From: the human T2T-CHM13v2.0 reference genome, Homo sapiens
Direction: 5' to 3' (one strand)
DNA length: 64,000 nt
Assembly (NCBI RefSeq): GCF_009914755.1
Contig: NC_060945.1
A program made the translations under genes and the position numbers. Under the pieces are notes generated by a model. It did not search any database. It was not told the origin of the DNA and was given only the letters and a program-made list of their open reading frames with translations. Below, piece by piece: positions 54,620 through 64,000 of this stretch (position 1 is its first letter; every line of letters starts with the position of its first letter).

Positions 54620-54985
54620 ACAAATATGTCCCCAATTCTTTACTTCTCCCTATATCCACAAGGTTTGCCATGTAACATTAAGTATATTCCCACTTTGACT
54701 CTTGCTTCAGTGCTGTAACTTCTTGTAGCAATGAGATATCAGCAAATGTTACACAAGAAGAGGATTGAAAAGGTGCGCATTTCTGCTTACATTCTTACAC
54801 CTCAGTCATCACTATGTGAATATGCCCAGGTTAGCCTGCTGGAGAATAAGGGGCATTAGAGCAAGTCAAATCATCCTCATAGCCCCAGCCGACACTCAGT
54901 CATTCCCTACACATAAACAAATTCAAATGAGACCAGAAGAACCACCCTCCTGAGCCCAGCCTAAATTTCTGACTCAAAATTTATG
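54620..54985 (+). mobile_element. MLT1H/I-like LTR fragment
   Basis: CCCCAATTCTT...TTTGCCATGTAAC...ATGCCCAGGTTAGCCTGCTGGAG...TGAGCCCAGCCTAAATT. Confidence 0.65.
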
Positions 54986-55554
54986 ACCATCTCCCGTATA
55001 CACCATATTCCTTACCATTAGCATATTTTAGTCCTTCTAAAAGGACGCCTGACTCAAAATTTTATCAGTCAACTCATACTCATGTCTTATTTGATCTGAG
55101 AAAACTTTAAAAGTGAATTTTAAGATATTTGTTTATATTCCTTGTTCACACTTTCCTTGTGGTCTTTCACACTTGCTGCACCCATCTACCTCTAGACAAC
55201 AAATTCATTATGGACAAGAACTTTGCATTATCTTTGATTCCTGGTGCATAACCCAGTGACTAGATGCTTGTTAAATGTCTGTTAACTGAATGGAAATGAG
55301 ATCAGGACCAAGAGATCTAAGCTCTGGTTCTGGCTTCATAACTTAGGCAAATCACACCGCCATGTTTCAATCTTCTCAACCTGTGAAATGGTACAATATC
55401 ATCTTATCTCTCAGCTTCACAAGGTTGTTGCAAAAACAAAATGATCTAATTTTTAAGTGTTTCGTAAAGTCTAAAACATTATTCACCCATAGGTCAAGTC
55501 TGTTATCTTTATTAAAACTTAATCTAATACCCCATTAAGGAATTGTAATTCTTG

Positions 55555-55847
55555 GGCCAGGTGCAGTGGCTCATGCCTGTAATCCCAGCACTTTGGGAGG
55601 CTGAGGCGGGCAGATTACCTGAAGTCAGCAGTTAGAGACCAGCCTGGCCAACATGGTGAAACCCTGTCTCTTCTAAAAATACAAAAATTAGCTGGGTGTG
55701 TTGGCACACACCTGTAATTCCAGCTACTTGGGAGGCTGAAGCACAAGAATCACTTAAACCCAGGAGACAGAGGTTTCAGTGAGCCAAGATTGTGCCACTG
55801 CACTCCAGCCTGGGTGATAAGAGTGAGACTGTCAAAAAAAAAAAAAA
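55555..55847 (+). mobile_element. AluSx-like
   Basis: Full Alu; TSD AAGGAATTGTAATTCT / AAGGAATTCTAATTCT. Confidence 0.93.
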
Positions 55848-56027
55848 AAGGAATTCTAATTCTCTAGAAACAGAGATGTTCTCTGTTGCCAGATACATTA
55901 ATATAAGAAAGACTGATGATATTATTAAAATCTATTTTCAAAACTTTTCTACATAGATAATAGTAATAACAGTACTTTTTTAAAAGAATGAAAATCTTGT
56001 AATATTTTCAACCATTGATAGAAGAAG

Positions 56028-57439
56028 CTACAAATTCAATGCAATCTCCATCAAAATACCACCATCATTCTTCACAGAGTTAGAAAAAACAGTTCTAAAA
56101 TTCATATGGAACCAAAAAAGAGCCCACAGAGCCAAAGCAAGACTAAGCAAAAAGAACAGCTCTGGAGGCATCACCTAGGCACATAGACCAATGGAACAGA
56201 AGAGAGAACCCAGAAATAAATCGAAATACTTACAGCCAACTGATCTTCAACAAAGCAAACAAAATCATAAAGTGGGGAAAGGACACCCTTTTCAACAAAT
56301 GGTGCTGGGATAATTGGCTAGCCACATGTAGGAGAATGAAACTTGATCCTCATCTCTCACCTTACACAAAAATCAACTCAACATGGATTAAGGACTTAAA
56401 CCTAAGACCTGAAACTATAAAAGTTCTAGAAGGTAACATTGGAAAAACCCTTCTAGACATTGGCTTAGGCAAGGATTTCATGACCAAGAACCCAAAAGCA
56501 AATGCAATAAAAACAAAAAGAAATAGCTAGCACCTAATTAAACTAAAGAGCTTTTGCACGGCAAAAGGAACAGTCAGCAGAGTAAACAGACAACCCACAG
56601 AGTGGGAGAAAACCTTCACGAGCTATACATCTGACAAAGGACTAATATCCAGAATCTACAGCAAACTCAAACAAATCAGTAAAAAAAAAGAACAATCCCA
56701 TCAAAAAGTGGGCTAAGGACATGAATAGACAATTCTCAAAAGACATACAAATGGCCAACAAACACATTTAAAAATGCTCAACGTTACTAATGATCATGGA
56801 AATTCAAATCAAAATCACAATGTGATACCACCTCACTCCTACAAGACTGTCCATAATCAAAAAATGAAAAAACAGTAGATGTTGGCATGGATGCGGTGAG
56901 CAGTGAACACTTCTACACTGCTGGTGGGAATGCAAACTAGTACAGCCACTAGAGAAAACAGTGTGGAGATTCCTTAAAGAACTGAAAGTAGAACTACCAT
57001 TTGATCCAGGAATCCTACCACTGGGTATCTACCCAGAGAAAAATAAGTCATTATTGGAAAAAGATACTTGCACGTGCATGTTTATAGCAGCAAAATTTAC
57101 AACTCCAAAATCAGGGAACCAACCCAAATGCCCATCAATCAATGAGTGGATAAAGAAACTATGGTATGTATATATATATGTATACTATTTCAAACTAGAC
57201 TATAAGGCCATAGTCACCAAAATAGCGTGGCACTGGTATAAAAAATAGGCACATAGACCAATGGAACATAGTATTCCATCATATATGTATATATGTGTAT
57301 ATATGTAAATATACATATATGTATACATATATACTCCATCATATATACACATATATACGTATATACGTATATATACGTATATATGTATATATACACGTAT
57401 ATACGTATATATGTATATATGTATACATATATATTCCAT

Positions 57440-57478
<39 letters not shown>

Positions 57479-57860
57479 GTGTATACATATATGATGGAAT
57501 ACTATGCAGTCATAAATAGAAATGAATTAACAGCATTGCAGTGACCTGGATGAGACTGGAGACTATTATTCTAAGTGAAGTAACTCAGGAATGGAAAAGC
57601 AAACATTGTATGTTTTCACTGATAAGTGGAAGCTAAGCTATGAGTACAAAACGGCATAAGAATGATACAAACGGACTTTGAGGATTTGAGGGAAAAATCG
57701 GAGAGGGGCAAGGGATAAAAGACTACAAATATGGTGCAGCGTATAACTGCTCGGGTGGTGGGTGAGCCAAAATCTCACAAATCATCACTACCAAGAACTT
57801 ACTCATGTAGCCAAATACCACCTGTACCCCAATAACTTATGGAAAAATAAAATAAAAATC
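56028..57860 (+). mobile_element. L1PB-type fragment (disrupted ORF2 C-terminus plus 3'UTR) with internal rearrangement
   Basis: ORF track pieces [22 protein letters not shown] and [15 protein letters not shown] are L1 ORF2p; stops and frameshifts present. Confidence 0.92.
57165..57495. repeat. Complex (TA/CA/TG)n microsatellite with inverted repeats
   Basis: Alternating purine-pyrimidine tract inside the L1PB, interrupted by a displaced ORF2 piece. Confidence 0.9.
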
Positions 57861-57900
57861 TTTAGGTACTCCAAAAAAAAAAAAAAAGAAAAAATGCCAC

Positions 57901-58280
57901 TGTCCTGGGTTGAACAGTATTCATGTCCACCAGACTCTCAGAACGTAACCCTATTTGGAAATAGGGTCCTTGCAGATGTAATCAGTTAAGATGAGATCAT
58001 ACTGGATTAGGTAGGGCCCTAATATAATGAGTGATGTCCTTAGAAGAAGGCCATATAAAGACACCCAGTGGAGACAGCCATGTGAAGACGCAGGCATAGA
58101 TTGGAGTGATGCATCTACAAACCAGGGAATGCCAAGGATTGCTGGGGCTACAGAAACAAGGAGAGAGGCGGGAAACAGATTCTCCCTGCAACCCCCTAAG
58201 AGGGAACAAACTCTGCTGACTCCTTGATTTCAGGTTTCTGACCTGCAGAATTGTGAGAAATAAATTTTTGTTGTTTTAAG
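57901..58280 (+). mobile_element. MLT1C-like LTR, 3'-truncated
   Basis: TATTTGGAAATAGGGTCCTTGCAGATGTAATCAGTTAAGATGAG; GGAATGCCAAGGATTGCTGG. Confidence 0.85.
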
Positions 58281-58289
58281 TTTAAAAAA

Positions 58290-58405
58290 AAAGGCAAATA
58301 TCCAGTTAAATTTGAATTTCAGATGAATATCAAGTAAGTTTTTAGTGTAAGGACGTCCCAGGTAACATTGGCAGTATTTTTATCTTCTATATGTGGCAAC
58401 CTTGG
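58290..58405. mobile_element. MER53 fragment
   Basis: CCAGTTAAATTTGAATTTCAGAT...GTCCCA...TGGCAACCT. Confidence 0.7.
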
Positions 58406-59961
58406 TAATAGAAGGCTTTTTATTTTTAATGCCCTACTGCTTTCTATAGGTTTGAGGATGTAAGATTGGCTGTGAGGTGCTGAGAAATAGCTCAATAAAC
58501 GGCGTATAGCTCTCAATTGTGGAAAGATATGGATGCCCAACTGAAAGCCAGGAAGTTAGCACTAGCAAGGAAGGGGAAGAAGACAAGATGCTTGGCAGAG
58601 GCCTAAGGGGCATGGGAGAGGGGATATGAGGGAAAGTTATGAAATGTTATGCTATTTTCTTAAAAGATAAAATAAAATCATCCTTCTAATCTTCTACAAG
58701 TGCATTTCAGTAAAATCTACATTGCTAACTAATGCCTTGGGGTAGAAGTAGGTAAATTCTTTCTAGAGTGGATTCTTTCTTGGCATTAAATGATATCAAG
58801 TCCTACTTAAAGTTTGACACAAAACAGCCGACATGTAGATTATACGAGTAATTGGAGAAAGTCTTGCAAGCAACAGCAAGCCCACATATGACATATACTT
58901 GCTTCAGCCTCTAACGGGCAGGTCTGCAAAACCACCCTGAATAAATGTGAACCAAAGTAGATAAGGCCCTGCTTAGGGCTAGTAACTGATAGCTCCTGAG
59001 CAACTAAAAGCAGAGTGTTTAGACTAAGACCAGACTAAAATCACTCACTCACTCACTCACTCATAGAAAACAATACCCATATGAAGATTTTTTTTATTAT
59101 TAAACATTGGTCTAATGCTAAAAAGTTTAAACACCAACAGAGCATTGTAAACCCACTGCCTTGTGAGTTAACTTTAACTTACTTAGTTAACTAACTACAT
59201 TTTTAACGTAGTGTTTCCATTTTTAAAAACAAACTTGGCCACTTCACAAACACTTCATGGCTAATCATTTTATAATATAGTTTATTTACAGAAATGAAAT
59301 GAATTTTGGTAATTTGAAGCAATGAACTACATCATAAAACATCTCTGAAATCTTTTTGAATTGTCAGTTTTCAAAACAAAAACTCAGAAATGTGATTCCA
59401 TTTTGATGATAAACACCTGCAATAAACTAGGAATATTTTTTCAACCCACTCTCCCAGTTGTGTTACACATCAAACTGCTATTTGGTTAGGTGGGAAGGAG
59501 GGGGATTAATTGTTGTTAATGGTTTTTATTATTCAGAAAGAATTTAAATCCGTGAAACCTGCATTTGTCAAGCATCAAGCGTCTTGCAGACTGCCACAGA
59601 GAGTACCAAAGTTCTGGTGTTTTGCTGATCCTTTGTTTTGGACATTGTTTGACTGTTTTAAATACAACAGTTTCCATTCAGCATTAACTGTGAAAGACAC
59701 AGCACAAGAATACCCCAGGGCTGGTGTGAGAAAAACATAGCAGGATTATCTGATGGAACAATTCCGGGCACAGAGTAAGGGATCTATCCATAGTCACTGA
59801 ATGAATAAATACTTCTGTAGCTTCCCTCTAACTTTAGGAAAAAATATTAATGAAGGAAAAATGAATTCTGGATTCATTGAGAACATTTTGGAAATAGTTT
59901 AAATGATATTGCATATGTGTGTATTCTAAATGCTTTTTTGTATTTTCTAAAGAATATTTTG

Positions 59962-60157
59962 ACACAGGAAGGGGAACATCACACTCTGGGGACTGTTGTG
60001 GGGTGGGGGGAGGGGGGAGGGATAGCATTAGGAGATATACCTAATGCTAAATGACGAGTTAATGGGTGTAGCACACCAGCATGGCACATTTATACATATG
60101 TAACTAACCTGCACATTGTGCACATGTACCCTAAAACTTAAAGTATAATAATAAAAA
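59962..60157 (+). mobile_element. L1PA3-like 5'-truncated LINE-1
   Basis: Same 3'UTR segment as 737-944; perfect 13-bp TSD AAAGAATATTTTG (59949-59961 / 60158-60170). Confidence 0.95.
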
Positions 60158-60267
60158 AAAGAATATTTTGCAAATAAAGTAAAAGAAACACCCTTGATTG
60201 ACAGTATTCCATTTGTGAGCCAGTGGTTAGACATAGAAAATGATGGATTAGGGACAGCAGGTAGACC

Positions 60268-60436
60268 AAGAGTTCCCAACCTTGGCTGCATGTTAATATT
60301 ACCTCAGTTGCTTTTTTAGAATCCCAATTCCCAGGTCACACCCCACACTCATGAAATCAAAATCTGTGTGGGTAGAACACAGGCATCAATATTTTAAAAA
60401 GTGATTTCATTATGCGATCAAGGTTGAGAATAACAG
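60268..60436. mobile_element. MER5-type hAT-Charlie
   Basis: GTTCCCAACCTTGGCTGCATGTTA...CAGGCATC...AAGGTTGAGAA. Confidence 0.7.
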
Positions 60437-60936
60437 ATATGACTCTAATTCTTCTCTTGTCCCATGGAATAGTGTACAGAAAGCTACATTTGGGACAAGC
60501 AATGGATAAAAATTCACCCTGTGTTTCTGAGATGGTGGGGTATTGTTCCTCCTGGATAAAGAATCTTTCACCTTTTTCTACACTGTGTTTTCAACTGGGA
60601 GGTGAATAAAGTGGAAACAAAAAATAAACATAATTCAAAAAAAGGGTGAGAGAGTGGGGCTAAGGTAAGCTGAGTGTTCAATATTTCCTCTTCCAACAAG
60701 ATTCCTCTTATCATGCTCTATTTGACATAATCTTATAAAAGTTAATGTTTAATAGAAACATACAAACAATTTTAAGAAATCTCTACTAGCATTTTGTGTC
60801 AGGGAAGGTCAAAACTGAGACCCACTACTCTGGTGTCTTCTGCTACTGGATTTATTTGTGCCTGGGTTGACCATGAGGGAGTCATTGGCAACTTTAAGCA
60901 GCAGTAGGAGGATTGGCCAATCCACTGTGCCCAAAT

Positions 60937-61597
60937 TACCAGAGTGACTCCATCTTGAATAGGGGACGGGGAAAATGAGGATGAGACCTGCTGGGCTGTA
61001 TTCCCAGGTTAGGCATTCTAAGTCACAGGAAAAGACAGGAGGTTGGCAGGACTGTTATCACAAGATACAGGTCATAAAGACCTTGCTGATAAACCAGGAT
61101 GCAGAGAAGAAAAAAAAAGAAAGCCCACCAAAGATGGTGGCTTTGGCCAAGATGGCAACGAAAGTGATCTTTGATCAACCCCACTGCTCATTATATGCTA
61201 ATTATAATGCATTAGCATGCTAAAAGACACTCCTACCAATGTCAGGACAGTTTACAAATGCCATGGTAGTATCTGGAAATTACCCTATATGGTCTGAAAG
61301 GGGAAGAATGGTCAGTTCCAGGAAATGCCCGCCCCTTTCCTGGAAAACTCACGAATAATCAACCCCTTGTTTAGCATATGATCAAAAAATAACCATCAAA
61401 ATGCCAACCAGCAGCCCTCTGGTTGTTCTCTGTATGAACATAGCCTGTTCTGCCTATGGAGTAGCCTATCTTTTATTTCTTTACTTCCCTAATAAACTTG
61501 CTTTCACTTTATTGTGTGGACTTGTCCCAAATTCTTTCTTGCTCAAGATCCGATACCCCTCTCTTGGGATCTGGATCAGAATCGCTTTCTGGTAACA
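60937..61597 (+). mobile_element. MER41B solo LTR (ERV1)
   Basis: ACCAGAGTGACTCCATCTTGAATAGGGG...TAATTATAATGCATTAGCATGCTAAAAGACACTCC...TTCTGGTAACA; AAAT on both flanks. Confidence 0.9.
61316..61345. promoter_or_regulatory. Tandem GAS (STAT) motifs in MER41B
   Basis: TTCCAGGAA (61316-61324) and TTCCTGGAA (61337-61345), both TTC-N3-GAA, 21 bp apart. Confidence 0.65.
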
Positions 61598-62763
61598 AAA
61601 TCTCTTAAGCCCCCACAAGTGAGAGGGATGAGACTTAGAGGGAAAAGCTCAGGGACTCCAAAGACTATTCAATGGAAGGTCCTCTGTGCCCTGCTCTTGC
61701 GGTTGTAAGAAACAGAGTCCCATGGTCTATCTCAGATGATGTCTTTCTGGGTGAATACTTGGTACAATAAGAGAAATGTGACTTCCACAAGAATCCCCAA
61801 ATTGTGAAATGGTCTAACTCAGCAACAGCTGTGTATTGAACCTCTGCCCCTAGAGTGACATGGCAATGCTCCGTCTTGCTTTCTACCTGCTCAGCAACTG
61901 CTGAGCTTATCAATACTGCGTCTTCTCTTCCTCATTATGCCTGCTTTCTCAAGAGTACAGCTTCCTATGCCTTCCTAGGGTTCTCACTGTTTTTCATCTC
62001 CATCTGGATCTTTTCAGCATTTGCTCCCAATGCCCAGGTAAATCAGGGGCACCTAGGCATCAGTATCTTCTAAAGCTCCCCAGAGGATTCAATGTGCAAC
62101 CAAGCAGATAACCACTGCACCAAAGAACAGTGGGTACAAGTAAGGCAACTTGGATTTATAATTACCACCTTAGCCCAAAAGGAAGAAAACTGGAGAAGGT
62201 AACTTATAATGCCTGGGAATTCTGTTCTCCTTGCATTTTATTTTAATTCAGTGTCTTGTTTCTCTATCTATACAGCACACATTTATTCACATGGATTTTA
62301 GTATTTTAACTGTGTTGTACTTAAAGGAAAGCAAACATGCCTTCTGAAGTGATGGTCTTTGAGCCACTAGTCAAGAGATTGGGGCTCTCTAATGAGCCAA
62401 GACTCCCATCTAGTGGTAACCACCTCTGAATTGCAAATAGAAGGTTTCTCAACTTTTATTAATGACAAAACTTTTTGGGAAGTGGCTGGTCAATTTCAAT
62501 AACTCATTTGCCTAAAACGAAATGCACCTATTTGTCAAAAGACCTTTGCCACTTCCAATCTGTGTGTGTAAATATCCCCGGGATAAATTATTGCTATTTA
62601 TTTGAACTTATGAAGGAAAACCAACTTCACTTCACGATTCTGTCAAATAAGTGTGTTTTAGTGAATTCAGAGGTTGTGTGACTGATAAAAGTAAGTGGTT
62701 ATTATGAAATAGTTCATACACATCCAAAGTGAAATGACTAATGATAAAACCTTAGAGGATGCT

Positions 62764-63230
62764 GTGAGGTGAGTGGTGGTCCCTGAAAAAGTATGTCAGC
62801 ATCCCAATCCCCAAAATCTGTGAATGTGACCTTATTTGGAAATGGGGTCTTGGTCCATATCATTATTATGTTATGTTAAGAATCTTGAAAACAGATCATC
62901 CTGGATTATCCAGGTGGGCCCTAAATCTAACACAAGTGCTTTATAAGAAGCACAGAGAAGAAGAGAAAAAACAGGGAGAAGGAGTCAAAGGCCATATGAA
63001 GACAACAGCAGAGATTGGAATTAATGCAGCCAGAAGCCAAGAGGACATCTGAAACCACCAGAAGCTGAAAGAGGCAAGAAATCTCCACTCGAGCCTTCGG
63101 AGAGAACATGGCCCTACTGACACCTTCATTTCAGACTTCCAGCCTGAAGAACTTTGAGAAAATAATTTTCTGTTGTTTTAAGACATCCACTGTGTGGTAA
63201 TTTGTTACAGCAGACTTAAGAAAGTAGTAT
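62764..63230 (+). mobile_element. MLT1C/D-like solo LTR
   Basis: TGTGAATGTGACCTTATTTGGAAA...CTGGATTATCCAGGTGGGCCCTAAATC...GTGGTAATTTGTTACAGCAG. Confidence 0.85.
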
Positions 63231-64000
63231 GGTTTCCTCTTCCTTTCTTTTCAGTACACTCCTTCAGAAAACAAAAATAGCATATTTGGAAATGACCTAG
63301 GTACCTAAAGTTTTTTTTAATAATATACATATAAATTCATTGCTCTACAATATTATAGGATGGTATTCAATCAACAGCATAAATACTTCACTGTCTACCT
63401 ACAATTTTCAAAGGTATTTTGGATAGCAAACTTTTCATTTCAGAAGTTTTTCACTACAAATACCTTAACTGAAAGACTAATCAACTAAAATTCTTCTTTC
63501 TAAGATAGAACATGAAGCAACAAGAGTTTTGCCTAAATATGGATGAGTGTAATGAGAATAACTCAAATTTCATGTCCAGTTGGGACAGCACAGTCAATTC
63601 AACAGGAATGTTTATGAGTTGTTTATCATGTGAAGTATTTGGAAGGTATGCAAACACTAAAAACAACAATGTCAATACAATTAAATGGAGGCATTCATAA
63701 AACTGTTGTTCAGATCAGCAGGTAATCTTGTAACTGCATATTTGAGAATTTCAAGGAAGGAAATGTACAAATAATCAAAGGCAGAAAATTCCCTTCAGGA
63801 AATGTGGTATCCACATATTGTATGACAAGCTTGCTTTTACTGAATAATGCATGAAGATGTCTGTTTTAAATCGTTCACTGACTACAGAGTTGACAAATAA
63901 CCACTGAAGAACAATGGGACTGGGCACCAGATGCCTTTGTTTCATATCTGACTCTGCGAAGGCTGTTTCTTTCCTAGGGAACTGGGGGTTCTATGTAACA

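Noticed and set aside
56336-57248. L1 ORF2p-like peptides (also 35016-35795)
   Set aside because: Truncated and disrupted retrotransposon remnants that cannot encode a functional ORF2p.
57200-57544. Tyr/Ile/Val-rich ORFs
   Set aside because: Artefacts of the (TA/CA)n microsatellite.

Overview
Primate (very probably human) non-coding genomic DNA, either intergenic or deep intronic. I find no supportable protein-coding exon, RNA gene, processed pseudogene or CRISPR array. The ORF track consists of Alu, L1 and LTR read-throughs and chance ORFs. A large part of the window is recognisable transposon-derived sequence: about 12 Alus, about 12 truncated L1 fragments, L2 and MIR relics, hAT and Tigger DNA elements, and many LTRs (MLT1/MST/THE1 MaLRs, MLT2A, LTR16, MER77-like, LTR12, MER41B). 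Subfamily names come from recalled consensus sequences and were not run through RepeatMasker. I could not identify the locus and see no evidence for a new gene system. The most unusual signal is a set of local DNA-repair or template-switch scars. Two 150-170 bp segments were copied from 1.4 and 1.9 kb downstream into older repeats. An L1 ORF2 piece is missing from its own position and reappears 1 kb away in a TA-rich inverted repeat. There is also a probable 1.5 kb inversion splitting an L1MA, a recently trimerised Alu, and a THE1 element that begins inside its internal region yet keeps a perfect target-site duplication (TSD). The best regulatory candidates are an LTR12 with 11 CCAAT boxes and a MER41B with paired GAS motifs.
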